Of a stretch of 64,000 bases of DNA, positions 20,930-31,384 are shown one piece after another. The stretch is from positions 1-64,000 of the IMG/VR virus record IMGVR_UViG_3300032242_002477, one strand, 5' to 3'. This stretch comes from a virus. The translations under genes and the position numbers were made by a program. Below the pieces are notes generated by a model. It made no database searches and had not been told where the DNA came from. It saw only the letters and a list, made by a program, of their open reading frames with translations. Numbering within the stretch: the stretch's first letter is position 1; every line of letters begins with the position of its first letter.

Positions 20930-21302
20930 TAATTGGTGGGCCGCTAAATTGGGACAACCTCAAACACGACCGAGTAATATTCCTCCCGCTCCCCCGTCCC
21001 AACAACCTATGACGCCAGTTACTATGCCTCAGCAATTAGATAGCACACTTCCGCCTAGTTCTCAAACATCTACTAAGTGCCCAGGATGTCGTGGAAATAA
21101 TTATGCTTTGATTGGTACCCAAGTCACCATGAATGGCTCGGTTCCTACTTATCGTTGTTATGACTGCGGTTATCCATTAGTACAAGCTGGTAGTCAACAT
21201 GGAGGAGCTTCTTCGGCACCGTCATCAGGTTCCGCCACTCCTGCTAAACAGGTTTCTACTGGCGGTTGGAATCCTACGACGATTATTGGTAAGCTAGGAT
21301 AA
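20922..21302 (+). CDS. Pro-rich zinc-ribbon protein
   Basis: CPGC...CYDCG. Confidence 0.6.
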   Translation: MSNNWWAAKLGQPQTRPSNIPPAPPSQQPMTPVTMPQQLDSTLPPSSQTSTKCPGCRGNNYALIGTQVTMNGSVPTYRCYDCGYPLVQAGSQHGGASSAPSSGSATPAKQVSTGGWNPTTIIGKLG

Positions 21303-22372
21303 TGAAAACAATGAATCCAGATTTAGCAAAAGTACTTAACATAATTAATAAAAAATTTGGCGTGGATACTGTTGTACAAGGCGACCAAATTCGTGATGGG
21401 TTAATTGGTCGCGTTCCCACTGGTTCTTTAGGACTAGACGTAATTTTAGGTGGAGGATGGCCTACTAATCAATGGCATGAAATTATCGGTGAAGCCAGTA
21501 ATGGAAAGACAGCTATCGCTTTAAAAACCGTAGCTGCTAATCAACAACGTGACCCTGAGTTCACTACTGTGTGGGTTGCTGCCGAACAATGGGTCCCCTC
21601 ATACGCAGAACTTTGCGGAGTTGACCTTTCTCGAGTATACGTAATTTCTACAAATGTAATGGAAGAGGCTTATGAAGCAGTTATTCAAATCACAAACAGC
21701 AAAGCTGTTGATTGTATTGTTATTGATTCCCTCCCTGCTCTGGTACCTAGTTCAGAAGACGAAAAAGAAATGGAAGAGTCAACCGTAGGTCGTTCGGCTT
21801 TATTGACAAACAAATTTTTTCGTAAAGTTGGTAAGGCTTCAAAGCGTTCCCTAACCGAAGAAGAACGCCCGTTTATCGGTCTTATGATTAATCAATGGCG
21901 TTCTAAAATTGGAGTTCAATACGGTGACCCACGCACTACTCCAGGCGGTTTGGGAAAAGATTATGCTTTTTTTACCCGCCTAGAGGTCAAACGCGATGAC
22001 TGGGTTGAGGTTGGAAAAGGCGATTATAAGCGTCGTATAGGCCAAACTATCAAGATTCGCACATTAAAAAACAAATCCGCTCCTCCATCTCAGGTAGCCT
22101 ACGTAGACTTTTACTTTGCTGATGGTGGGTTGGCCCTTCCTGGTGAGTATGACTTCGCAAAAGAAATCGTAGCTCTTGGTATACTTAACAAGGTAATTAC
22201 TCGAGCTGGAGCGTACTACCGTTACTCCGAACGCCAATGGCAAGGAGCAGACGCGTTAGTGGTCTCAATTCGAGAAGAAATTGACCTCAAGGAAGCACTG
22301 GAGAAGGAAGTTCTTGAGACCGTTAAAGCTGGTTCTAAGTACGTTGTAGAACCTATCGACGATGCGGAGTAA
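21302..22372 (+). CDS. recA: RecA-like recombinase
   Basis: 'TGSLGLDVILGGG', GEASNGKT, 'VIDS', 'INQWR', 'TPGG'. Confidence 0.93.
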   Translation: MKTMNPDLAKVLNIINKKFGVDTVVQGDQIRDGLIGRVPTGSLGLDVILGGGWPTNQWHEIIGEASNGKTAIALKTVAANQQRDPEFTTVWVAAEQWVPSYAELCGVDLSRVYVISTNVMEEAYEAVIQITNSKAVDCIVIDSLPALVPSSEDEKEMEESTVGRSALLTNKFFRKVGKASKRSLTEEERPFIGLMINQWRSKIGVQYGDPRTTPGGLGKDYAFFTRLEVKRDDWVEVGKGDYKRRIGQTIKIRTLKNKSAPPSQVAYVDFYFADGGLALPGEYDFAKEIVALGILNKVITRAGAYYRYSERQWQGADALVVSIREEIDLKEALEKEVLETVKAGSKYVVEPIDDAE

Positions 22373-22700
22373 AGGACAAAAAGAATCAAGGAAGCACGAG
22401 GATAGACTTGCAAAAGCTATTGGTGGTAAGCGCAATGCTGCCAGCGGTGCCTTTTGGAGTCGAAAAGGCGATGTTCGTTCAGACGATTTGCTCATAGAGC
22501 ATAAGTGGACGGGCAAGCTATCCGTATCCGTTAAGGCTGCGGTTCTAGAAAAGATTGTCAAAGAAGCAATTCTTGACAGTCGAATGCCCGTCCTCGGGTT
22601 TCATCTTAACGGTGAAAATTACGTATTGTTACAAGAGGATGACTTTCTGGAGCTGCGTCACTATCTCCAGGAGTGCACTTGTACGAAGACGAAGGTGTAG
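22362..22700 (+). CDS. PD-(D/E)XK Holliday-junction-resolvase-like nuclease
   Basis: 'SGA...KGDV....LIEHK'. Confidence 0.7.
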   Translation: MRSKGQKESRKHEDRLAKAIGGKRNAASGAFWSRKGDVRSDDLLIEHKWTGKLSVSVKAAVLEKIVKEAILDSRMPVLGFHLNGENYVLLQEDDFLELRHYLQECTCTKTKV

Positions 22701-22993
22701 AAAAATGGCGTTACGACGCTAAATGTTCAGGTATGGATACCGAACTTTGGTTTCCTCCGCGTGATAAAGACTTATATAAACCCATTGCTGATAGAGCTAA
22801 GGCGATTTGCTTTGGCAGGGATGGTCTGGAAGAATGTCCAGTAAGGTTGCAGTGTTTGTTGTACGCTGAAAGCAACAACGAACAGCACGGTATCTGGGGC
22901 GGGCTATCGCATCGTGAAAGAAACGCGTTAAAAAGAAAAGCTGAAAAAAACGGTTCAACATTAGAAGAATGGGTATTAGCTGGTAAAAAATGA
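22673..22993 (+). CDS. whiB: WhiB-family transcription factor
   Basis: C..MDTELWFP...C...CPVRLQC...GIWGG. Confidence 0.92.
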   Translation: MHLYEDEGVEKWRYDAKCSGMDTELWFPPRDKDLYKPIADRAKAICFGRDGLEECPVRLQCLLYAESNNEQHGIWGGLSHRERNALKRKAEKNGSTLEEWVLAGKK

Positions 22994-23853
22994 AATATAA
23001 ACCAACGGGAGATTTAAAAAAGTTAGTTGATTTAGGAAAATCTAATTCACGCGTCCTAGCTTCAGTAGAGCGGTTTGTTATATCAAAGCCACAAGAGAAT
23101 GACCGACGCACAGATGTGCTTCATCCTTCCGCTATGGCTAAAGCTGATTGGTGCCATCGTGCGTCCTTCTTCGAGTTAACTGGTCGTAAACCTGCTCCGT
23201 CTAAATACGGTCGCAGTCTTCGCATGGATAACGTATTTCAAAACGGTCACGATATGCACGCTCGTTGGCAAAATTATTTTGGCGAAATGAATCGTTTATA
23301 CGGTATTTGGGAGTGCACAGGGTGTGGTCTACGTGAGTGGGGTCTGCGTACAGATATCCATGTTTGCAATGATTTGCCCCCAGTCTATAGAGAAGTTGCG
23401 CTTAAATATGAACCCCTAAGAATCCACGGTCACGCGGATGGTTGGTTAAAGGGTTTTGGAGACCCACTCCTTTTAGAGCTAAAGTCTGTAGGCGCAGGAA
23501 CCGCTCGTTTTGAAGACCCAGATTTATTTTATAAACATGACGGCAACCCCACCAAGATTTGGGATAACATTAAAAACCCATTTTATAGCCACATCCAACA
23601 AGCTCAGATTTATATGAAGCTTATGGAGCTGTTAGAACTATCAGATGCTCCGCAAGAAGCCATTTTTATCTACGAGAACAAAGGCACTCAAGAAGCTAAA
23701 GAATTTATTATGGCTAAGAGTGATTTTAGTATCGCCCCCATTTTTGAAGCCGCTCAGATGATTATTGACGCAATTGGCGTTGACAGCCCTCCTATGTGTA
23801 ATATTAACGGTATCGCTGGATGTGCCCAGTGCAGTTATCACACGGAGGATTAA
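22990..23853 (+). CDS. Cas4-like PD-(D/E)XK exonuclease
   Basis: 'HPS....WC.R', 'GHADG', 'LELKS', 'QAQIY', C-terminal C..C..C. Confidence 0.8.
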   Translation: MKYKPTGDLKKLVDLGKSNSRVLASVERFVISKPQENDRRTDVLHPSAMAKADWCHRASFFELTGRKPAPSKYGRSLRMDNVFQNGHDMHARWQNYFGEMNRLYGIWECTGCGLREWGLRTDIHVCNDLPPVYREVALKYEPLRIHGHADGWLKGFGDPLLLELKSVGAGTARFEDPDLFYKHDGNPTKIWDNIKNPFYSHIQQAQIYMKLMELLELSDAPQEAIFIYENKGTQEAKEFIMAKSDFSIAPIFEAAQMIIDAIGVDSPPMCNINGIAGCAQCSYHTED

Positions 23854-24360
23854 GTGAGTAAGATGGAAATCAGCGTAGGAGAAAGCAAATCAACTATTGA
23901 TTCTATGCACTCCCAAGGACTTACTCTGCGTACCAGTATGCAGATTGATACTCCTCAACTTCCTGCAGATATTACCGAGCTTGGAGACGAGCAGTTAATG
24001 GGGTTATTTTCCCAACTAACTGCCTATAACAACTTTCTATCTACCCAGTTAGCTTGTGCTTTTATTGATGAGCGCGACGTTGAGCGCGAACTAGACACCC
24101 ACGAAAGCATCGCCTTTTTGCAATTTTATGATGCAAAAAAGACCAAAGATACTATGAGCTTGTTAAAAGCTCAGGTGTCAACCGACCCTAAAGTTAAGCA
24201 CCTTAAAGAGATGCATTCGGCCCGCTACAACTACCGTAAATTAATTGAAGTAATGGTAGATAATGTAGAGCGGGATACCGCACTAGTATCCCGAGAGTTA
24301 ACTCGCAGAACCTCTGGTGCAAGTGCAAGCCGATATCGTGGGGAGCGCATGGTTCCGTGA
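23854..24360 (+). CDS. Helical protein, possibly a UvsY-like recombination mediator
   Basis: Coiled-coil ending 'SRELTRR'; recombination context. Confidence 0.4.
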   Translation: MSKMEISVGESKSTIDSMHSQGLTLRTSMQIDTPQLPADITELGDEQLMGLFSQLTAYNNFLSTQLACAFIDERDVERELDTHESIAFLQFYDAKKTKDTMSLLKAQVSTDPKVKHLKEMHSARYNYRKLIEVMVDNVERDTALVSRELTRRTSGASASRYRGERMVP

Positions 24361-24929
24361 AAGTTAAAACCTTTGGTCCTGGCCTAACCCCAGGTAGCAA
24401 GTGTTATCTTGGAATCGACCAGTCTTATAGCGGGTTTGCTACAACTTATTTAGCTGAAGACAATTCGTATGTAACAATTGTTAGAAAATTTGAAGGCGTT
24501 GGAATCTCCAGATTAGCGGAGGTTTATAAGACATTAAATATGGAGATTGACCATTTATTTGACGAGTACCAATGTACCGTAGAGGACGCGGCAATAGAGG
24601 GATACGCTTTTGGTAGCCAAATGGCTAATATGGCGGGAGAACTTGGGGCTATCACAAAATTAGCTTTATATAATCGTTTTGATAATAACGCCAAGTATCC
24701 TCTTATTGTACCCCCTACTAATTTAAAAAAATATGTTGCAGGTAAAGGTACTGGTGTTGCAAAAAGCCAAATGCTACTGCATGTTTTTAAAAATTGGGGC
24801 GCCGAATTTTCTGATGACAACGCCGCTGATTCATTTGGTTTGGCTCACCTAGTGGCTAAAAAATATAAAAAAGCAGTAGAAAAAGAAGTATACGAAAAAC
24901 TACAAGACCCTAAGTTTAGGGAGGGATAG
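24357..24929 (+). CDS. RuvC-like resolvase
   Basis: 'LGIDQS', 'IEGYAF', 'PPTNLKKY..GKG', 'DNAADS'. Confidence 0.85.
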   Translation: MKVKTFGPGLTPGSKCYLGIDQSYSGFATTYLAEDNSYVTIVRKFEGVGISRLAEVYKTLNMEIDHLFDEYQCTVEDAAIEGYAFGSQMANMAGELGAITKLALYNRFDNNAKYPLIVPPTNLKKYVAGKGTGVAKSQMLLHVFKNWGAEFSDDNAADSFGLAHLVAKKYKKAVEKEVYEKLQDPKFREG

Positions 24930-25477
24930 TGACTACAATCGTAGCTGTTCAATATAAAGATAAATGCGTAATAGGTGCTGATAACCAGGTAACTGATGGT
25001 ACTGGTCGCATTTACCGTCATTCCGATATGTTAAAGATTAGTAAACGAGGTTCTTTTTTAATTGCGGGTAGTGGTGAGGTTCAGCCTTGTGATATAGCCC
25101 AACATATTTGGAAGCCGCCAGTTCCAACAGCTGCTGATAAAAAAGACGTATATCATTTTGTAATTACTAAAGCAATGCCTTCATTAAGAGAAGTTCTAAA
25201 AACTAACGGGTATAACTTTGATGAGTCAAATGATAAGTCAGAATCTACTGTTCGTTTTAATTTCCTTATTGCGGTATGTGGAGAGCTTTTTGATATTTCA
25301 GAGGATTTATCCGTATGCCGAACCGATATGGGGTTTTATGGGGTAGGAAATGGTGCTCCGTATGCTTTAGGAGCTCTTAAAGCTGGAGTTTCTATTAAAA
25401 AAGCATTAGAAATTGCTTCCTCATTTGATGCTTACACTTCAGGACCGTTCATTCAAATCGAACAGTTTAAGGATTAA
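24929..25477 (+). CDS. HslV/proteasome-beta-like Ntn peptidase
   Basis: N-terminal MTTIVAV, 'GADNQ.T', 'K', 'GVGNGA.YALGAL'. Confidence 0.75.
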   Translation: MTTIVAVQYKDKCVIGADNQVTDGTGRIYRHSDMLKISKRGSFLIAGSGEVQPCDIAQHIWKPPVPTAADKKDVYHFVITKAMPSLREVLKTNGYNFDESNDKSESTVRFNFLIAVCGELFDISEDLSVCRTDMGFYGVGNGAPYALGALKAGVSIKKALEIASSFDAYTSGPFIQIEQFKD

Positions 25478-25480
25478 ATT

Positions 25481-25648
25481 ATGCCGATATATGATTTTAA
25501 ATGCGATAAGTGCGAGTCAGTTGTAGAGATGCACATGGTGCATGATTCTACTATTGCCCCTATATGTAACCAATGTAGCGGAACTATGTCTAAAAATTGG
25601 ACGCCCCCAGCTATAATTTTTCGCGGCGGAGGGTGGGGCGGCCAATGA
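25481..25648 (+). CDS. FmdB-family zinc-ribbon protein, absent from ORF track
   Basis: MPIYDFKCDKC...CNQC...IFRGGGW. Confidence 0.8.
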   Translation: MPIYDFKCDKCESVVEMHMVHDSTIAPICNQCSGTMSKNWTPPAIIFRGGGWGGQ

Positions 25649-25890
25649 GTAAAACGCAAGAGAAAAGAGCCCATCGTTTGAATGAACAACAAGAATTTAT
25701 TAAAGCTCGCAGAATAATGCAGTTAAATATATTTAAACAAAACTTTGAAGCTGGTTTGACGGTGTACGAAAACAGCAAGGACAAGCTAAGCACAGAAGAT
25801 ATAACCCTTATTGAAGCTGAAATTGAACGAAATAAAGCTCTTATTGAGCAGCTACAGGCTGAGGTAAATGGCTTCAATACGGGAAATTAA
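25645..25890 (+). CDS. Hypothetical protein
   Basis: Coupled ORF. Confidence 0.55.
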   Translation: MSKTQEKRAHRLNEQQEFIKARRIMQLNIFKQNFEAGLTVYENSKDKLSTEDITLIEAEIERNKALIEQLQAEVNGFNTGN

Positions 25891-26086
25891 GCCTGATTAC
25901 ACAGGCAGCATGGATTATGAAAACACGATATGCCATGAGTGCCCCCACTGCGGGTCCAATCTTTGGAACCTCAAGGTTTCTTTTGCAGACTATGAAATAG
26001 CTCAATATTTATTGCCCATGGAGTGTGCTATTTGTGGAACATATGCCACTGCACCTACACCTTTAGACAGATTAAACGCCGACTAA
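25868..26086 (+). CDS. Zinc-finger protein
   Basis: CPHCGS...CAICG. Confidence 0.6.
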   Translation: MASIREIKPDYTGSMDYENTICHECPHCGSNLWNLKVSFADYEIAQYLLPMECAICGTYATAPTPLDRLNAD

Positions 26087-26140
26087 CCTTCATAATATTT
26101 ACCACGGGAACACTACTAATAGTAAACCGAGGTACAATAT

Positions 26141-26422
26141 ATGTCAGAGATAAACAGTGAAGAAAACATTTTACGCGTTAGCGCTGGGTCTAACCCCCAA
26201 TCCTTAGCGTCTGCAATTGCCCATGCAATTTATGAGGCTCGCACGTGTAAAGTTAGAGCGGTAGGCGCTGGGGCTGTAAATCAGGCTGTAAAGGCAATAG
26301 CAATTGCACGCGGTTATACCGCTCCACGAGGTATAGATTTGGTCTGTATTCCTGGATTTGCATCTATTGAGTCCCATGACGGTCAAATTTCAGCCATCGT
26401 ATTTGTTGTAAACGCAAGTTAA
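26141..26422 (+). CDS. spoVS: SpoVS-family protein
   Basis: 'LRVSAGSNPQSLASAIA...AVGAGAVNQAVKAIAIARG...IPGF'. Confidence 0.88.
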   Translation: MSEINSEENILRVSAGSNPQSLASAIAHAIYEARTCKVRAVGAGAVNQAVKAIAIARGYTAPRGIDLVCIPGFASIESHDGQISAIVFVVNAS

Positions 26423-26482
26423 GGCAGACATACAGCCTTAATAAGCCTATTCTTAATTAAACCTTAGGCCAAAGGAAACCAA

Positions 26483-26815
26483 ATGATAGATAAGAACCCA
26501 AAGCCAATTGCTCCTGTCTCAGACAAACCAGCAAATGCTTCAGGTATGAAAGTAACAGACGTTTCATCCGCACCATCTAAAAATACAAAGTTAATGCCCA
26601 AAAAGAACGTAGCAGCAGGAAATCCAACTTTAGAAGCAAAGCCTTCTCGCAAGATGGAGCGTGCAGGTGCTTCTTATGGTATTCGCGTAAGCATGCCCGC
26701 TCATCAGGCTCCCGAAGCTGGGTTGACCCAAGCTAACGGACGCCTTTTTACGGCTTCGATTAACCGTTCTCGTCCTAATTTTCAGGACGCGGTTAACGAG
26801 TCTGTGTCCCGCTAA
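26483..26815 (+). CDS. Hypothetical basic protein
   Basis: ORF with SD, followed by a terminator. Confidence 0.55.
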   Translation: MIDKNPKPIAPVSDKPANASGMKVTDVSSAPSKNTKLMPKKNVAAGNPTLEAKPSRKMERAGASYGIRVSMPAHQAPEAGLTQANGRLFTASINRSRPNFQDAVNESVSR

Positions 26816-26830
26816 CCACACAGACACTGC

Positions 26831-26875
26831 GCCCCTCACCTAGAGCCTTTTTATCTAGCTGAGGGGCTTTTTTTT
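26831..26875 (+). terminator. Intrinsic terminator
   Basis: GCCCCTCA...TGAGGGGC + T8. Confidence 0.8.
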
Positions 26876-26930
26876 GAAATTACAAGTTTGTATGTTATTC
26901 TTGCAGCGTCTACAGTCGAGAGGAAAATTG

Positions 26931-27167
26931 ATGCTGGAAGTATTAAATAAGCACCTAAAAGGCAATCATTCAGTGTGCTCAGTAGCATTGTGGATGTCTT
27001 CACTAGATAAAGAAGAACAAGAAGCTTTTATACTTTTAAGAGATAATAGCGAAAAAGTAAATGTATCAGAACTATATGGAGATTTAGCAGATACTACCGA
27101 CCTTCCATTTAAAACAACCACATTCCGCGCACATTTAAGAGGTTATTGCGTATGTCCGAAAAACTAG
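26931..27167 (+). CDS. Hypothetical protein
   Basis: SD GAGG; ends 'HLRGYCVC'. Confidence 0.55.
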   Translation: MLEVLNKHLKGNHSVCSVALWMSSLDKEEQEAFILLRDNSEKVNVSELYGDLADTTDLPFKTTTFRAHLRGYCVCPKN

Positions 27168-28177
27168 ACATTTTAAATATTATTAATAACGCTATTAATA
27201 AACCTATTGCTCCTGATGGGTGGTTATGGCCACCTATTCAACAAGCAAAACCAACTATTATTAAACCTTATGAAAAAACGGGCCCTTCTAAATCCAAACA
27301 TGATTACAATTTGGTTGTTTTTGTACCTGACCCACAAATTGGGTATCGTAAATATGAAGATGGTACATTAGACCCGTTTCATGATGAAGCAGCGATTGAT
27401 GTGCATTTTCAAATACTTCGTTACTTAGAAGATGAGTACGGCGTAGATAAAATTATTCATTTAGGAGATTATTTAGACTTGCCAACTATGGGTAAGTATG
27501 CACAAGAAGAAATGTTTGCCCACACAGTGCAGCCTGCTTTAGACTATGGTCATAAATTATTAGCACAGCAACGCGCTACTTGCCCAAATGCTAAAATTAT
27601 ATTATTAGAAGGTAATCACGACTGTCGAATGCAACGCTATGTTATAGCAAATGCAATGGCGTCAAAAGGAATTAAACGCGCAGGAGCAACGCCAGAAGAT
27701 TGGCCCGTTATGTCCTTGCCGTATCTATTACGTTTGGAGGAATTAAATGTGGAGTATGTGGGAGCTTACCCTGCAGGAGAGTATTGGCTCACCAAAAGCT
27801 TACGAGCAATTCATGGAACCACGGTTCGCTCAAATGGTTCGACAGCATCAGCTTATGTCAACAAAAACCCCCACATCTCGACAGTCTTCGGACACGCCCA
27901 TCGACAAGAACTACAGTACAAAACTGTAGCAAATCAGGACGGACCTATTCGTAGTGTTTCAGCTAGTCCAGGGTGCCTATGCCGAATAGATGGTGCAGTT
28001 CCTTCTTATGGGGGAGGCGTAAATGACCAAGGACGTCCAGTAAAACATTGGGAAGATTGGCAACAGGGAATTATGATTGGTTGGATTCGAGATGATGGAC
28101 ACTTTACTCTACAACCAATTCATATTATGGATGGTTGGGCAGTTCATGAAGGTGTAGAGTTTAAGGCTGGAGAATAG
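27152..28177 (+). CDS. Calcineurin-like metallophosphoesterase
   Basis: 'PDPQ', 'LGDYLD', 'GNHD', 'HG', 'GHAHR'. Confidence 0.85.
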   Translation: MSEKLDILNIINNAINKPIAPDGWLWPPIQQAKPTIIKPYEKTGPSKSKHDYNLVVFVPDPQIGYRKYEDGTLDPFHDEAAIDVHFQILRYLEDEYGVDKIIHLGDYLDLPTMGKYAQEEMFAHTVQPALDYGHKLLAQQRATCPNAKIILLEGNHDCRMQRYVIANAMASKGIKRAGATPEDWPVMSLPYLLRLEELNVEYVGAYPAGEYWLTKSLRAIHGTTVRSNGSTASAYVNKNPHISTVFGHAHRQELQYKTVANQDGPIRSVSASPGCLCRIDGAVPSYGGGVNDQGRPVKHWEDWQQGIMIGWIRDDGHFTLQPIHIMDGWAVHEGVEFKAGE

Positions 28178-28201
28178 CTAAATAGGCGTACCATATATGG
28201 T

Positions 28202-28741
28202 ATGCCTAGTACACATCAAAATATTCAGTACCTTGGTGCTGGAGGCATGTCTGGAACTTACACCAATTACGGCGGTGGCGGCACCCCAGTAGCGCGTTCT
28301 GAACTTGACTTCCTTCGTATTGGTACAGGACGAGAGCCTTCTGCGGAGTATCCAGATGGTTATCTTGGAACAATTCGTACACGACGAGATGATAAAGGTC
28401 GTCCAAATAGTGTATCTGAGCAGGTACTTGATGGGTTAAAGGTACGTGCAGGTCAACGTTCATACCAACGCGGCGTTCATCGCGGTGAGCGTATTGACCC
28501 CTCTGATTATTATTATCCAGGTGGATTAGAAGCCGACCGCGGAATTAGGCGGCAGATGCGCGGCGTTATTAACGGTACTACTGTTATGGTTAAACGCAAT
28601 TCTGATAAAGCAACACTCGCACCCGCACCTCATTTACCAAACGATGGAAAAGCTGGCCCCAACGTTCGCAGTGATTCACCGATGGTAGTTAATAAGCGCC
28701 GTGTAGACCAGTTCTCACGCATGAGACCAGCCTGGAGTTAA
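28202..28741 (+). CDS. Hypothetical protein
   Basis: 179-aa ORF. Confidence 0.6.
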   Translation: MPSTHQNIQYLGAGGMSGTYTNYGGGGTPVARSELDFLRIGTGREPSAEYPDGYLGTIRTRRDDKGRPNSVSEQVLDGLKVRAGQRSYQRGVHRGERIDPSDYYYPGGLEADRGIRRQMRGVINGTTVMVKRNSDKATLAPAPHLPNDGKAGPNVRSDSPMVVNKRRVDQFSRMRPAWS

Positions 28742-28742
28742 T

Positions 28743-29257
28743 ATGTCAGATAACATGCCAACTTGGGACGACGAAGAGCCAGAATCTCCAAGAGATAGAG
28801 CTAAGGACGAGCGTCGTCGATACAGCCATTTGACTTGGAAATACCTAACTGAACCAGGCGGAGTAAGACCAGGAGACGAAGATTCTCACGGTCACCGTTT
28901 TGGTGAGTGGGACCCTGAGAGGTACTAACTATGGGACTTACTAGGTCTGTTTATCATGTAGGTAAAGCTGTAGCAAAGGGCGGGGGCGCCTCAGAAATTG
29001 CTAGAGGTCTTGTTGTTGGAATGCTTCCTCCAGTAATCGGTACGGTTGTAAATGGCCTTGCTTCAGACGCAAATATTTCTAGAGTGGCTACAGGTATTAG
29101 AAATGTAGCTGACCGCGGTAGACGCTCAACATTTCATTCTGAAACTGGCCTGCCTCAGGCTCCAAGTACAGTTGATGATGCCCCAATTTCCAGACCAACT
29201 TCAGGTTTTGAATTAACAGCTACAGGTCGTAACCCTTATACGGGTGAGCGTGAGTGA
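28743..29257 (+). CDS. Two small hypothetical proteins (28743-28928, 28931-29257)
   Basis: Tightly packed co-oriented ORFs. Confidence 0.5.
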
Positions 29258-29658
29258 TACCCAATCAAAGCCAACTTGATAAATGGCGTCAACCTGAGCT
29301 GAGCACAGAAGTTCATCGCGGAATTAAACTTAATAGTAGAAACAACTACACCGTAAGTCCTAATTTAGGTACGCATTGGAGCACTAATCCCGAGATGGCA
29401 GCTTTATTTTCAGGTTTAGAGCGCAATGCTCACGACAGTATAGTTTTTCACGGCGAAGTTCCCATCAGCTCAGTAGAAGGTGACAAAAATATACTTAAAG
29501 AAAACGGCGTAAGAAATTTTGATACGTCAGAAAAAGAAGTACCAGTCAAACAAGGGTCACCCGTAAAAGTGACGGGTATAAGTAAATTTAGAGATGTAAA
29601 CGGTATAATTAAAGAACGTAAACGTAGTTACAATCCCCCAAGGGAGATGAAAGCATAA
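29254..29658 (+). CDS. ADP-ribosyltransferase-fold-like protein (paralog of 56484-56900)
   Basis: 'VHRG', 'HWST', 'EKEV' R-S-E-like triad. Confidence 0.5.
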   Translation: MIPNQSQLDKWRQPELSTEVHRGIKLNSRNNYTVSPNLGTHWSTNPEMAALFSGLERNAHDSIVFHGEVPISSVEGDKNILKENGVRNFDTSEKEVPVKQGSPVKVTGISKFRDVNGIIKERKRSYNPPREMKA

Positions 29659-31330
29659 TGGCAGGTAAATATGCAGACGGAGTATACAGTCGTCATCCTT
29701 GGACTGCCCCTGCTGAAGCGGCGTATCCTCCGCAGGAATATATAGGTCCGTTTCAAAGTAACCAGGAACGTATGATTAGCCAAGCCATAGCGGTAGGCAC
29801 TATGACAAGCGAAGAGATTCAAGAATATGTTCGTCCAAACCTTCCACAAATACAATTATTTCCAGAAAAGTTTGGGTATCCCACGACAGAAGTGGGAATT
29901 GAAGATATTGTAGAGCTACGTGGACGCCCTGCAGCTCAACGTGTGGAATCAGACTTCTCGCAGAAGCCTAACTCACAGCAATCAAGCAGCCGAAATACCT
30001 TAGGAGATTCAATTTAATGGCATACGACCCAGGTTTATTGACCGACTCCACAGGCGAAGGCATGGCTGGAGCGGAAGATGTGTCCTTAGAAACGCAACAA
30101 AAATTGAAAGAAACGTACTACAATGGGTCTAAGCCTTGCATCAGTTGCGGGCTAACCTTGAACCCAGTTCAGGCATTAACTTCGGAGCACTGCCCAAGCT
30201 GTGCCCGTAAAAAGAAAGTTAATTTAGTAAAGAATAGGATGGCACAATGACAGTTCGCCACGCACGTTCAGAGAACACCTCACTTGAAGAGGGCGCAACA
30301 GACGGTAAGTATCGTAAGCGTCGTCCTAACACAGAGGTAGCGACAGGACAAGGCGACCAGTTGGTCGTTAAGAACCGCGCAGACCTTCACCCATACTTCA
30401 ACTATGGCTTCATCAATTCTGAAGAGCCAAGCATGGTAAATCCAGCAGGTAACTAATGAAACTACCGCACCGTAGAGAAAAAGACGAAACCCGCGTCTTA
30501 CAAAATATGGGAAAAGCCCTAGGGTGGGAGCGTTCTGACAATAACCCACGCATTACCTACCAACAAACAAGTCCCAATACTAAGAAGGCTGTTATTACTG
30601 CAAAGCCTCACGTTAACATGGTAAGAGAAGAAGATGAAGAGTAATCCATCACAATTTCCTGATAATGACAAGCCAGACGATGATGAAGAAAAACTAGGTA
30701 AACCTTTAGTTTCCCCTGCTTTAGCTCGTGCTTTTGAAGCCACGAGAGGCTGGGGTGAAGAGGAATATATCCCCTGGGTGCAACGTTGGCATGAAAAGTT
30801 TGGTAAGGGTTCTGGAGCAAAAGGCTAATATGGTTAACCGTTGGCGCAAGCAACGGAAAATAATAAATACTATGACTGGAGGTAAGTAAGTGAGTGATTT
30901 TGAGTGGGATGAAGAACCTCAAGATAGCCGTGCGTCAAAAGCGCGTAAACTAGATGCAGAACGCGCTGCCCGTGACGCTAGGTCTGCTGCAATTGATAAG
31001 GAAATAAATGAGTCTTACGGCACTCCAGGATATTTTCGCGACCCAAATGACCACGAAAACCGCATGATAAACTCCTCATTAGAGGGATTTCGTAGAGAAA
31101 AACCTGGGCCTAAAAAAGAAGCTCATCGCACAACTTTTTGGAACATTGTTCAGGGAACTGGTCGGGGCCGAACACAGGCTACCCGAGGTGCCTTTCCGCA
31201 CGGTTCAGCAGCTCCTTGTGCAAATCCAGGCTGCAACAATGAAGTTGGGTATGACGAAGGCGATGTAACCTGCGGGCCAAACGGCTGTGATATGCCTAAC
31301 AGTGTAGACGTTCAGCGCGAAAAAGAATAA
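29658..31330 (+). CDS. Cluster of six small hypothetical proteins (29658, 30017, 30247, 30456, 30634, 30890)
   Basis: Mostly overlapping start/stop codons, same strand. Confidence 0.55.
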
Positions 31331-31384
31331 ACATTTAAATATTATTTGTAGTATTATTTAGCTTGTCTAATATTAGGAGTATAA

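Noticed and set aside
22990-23853. Cas4 as evidence of a CRISPR system
   Set aside because: Solo Cas4-like exonucleases are common in phage recombination modules; neighbours are RecA and resolvases
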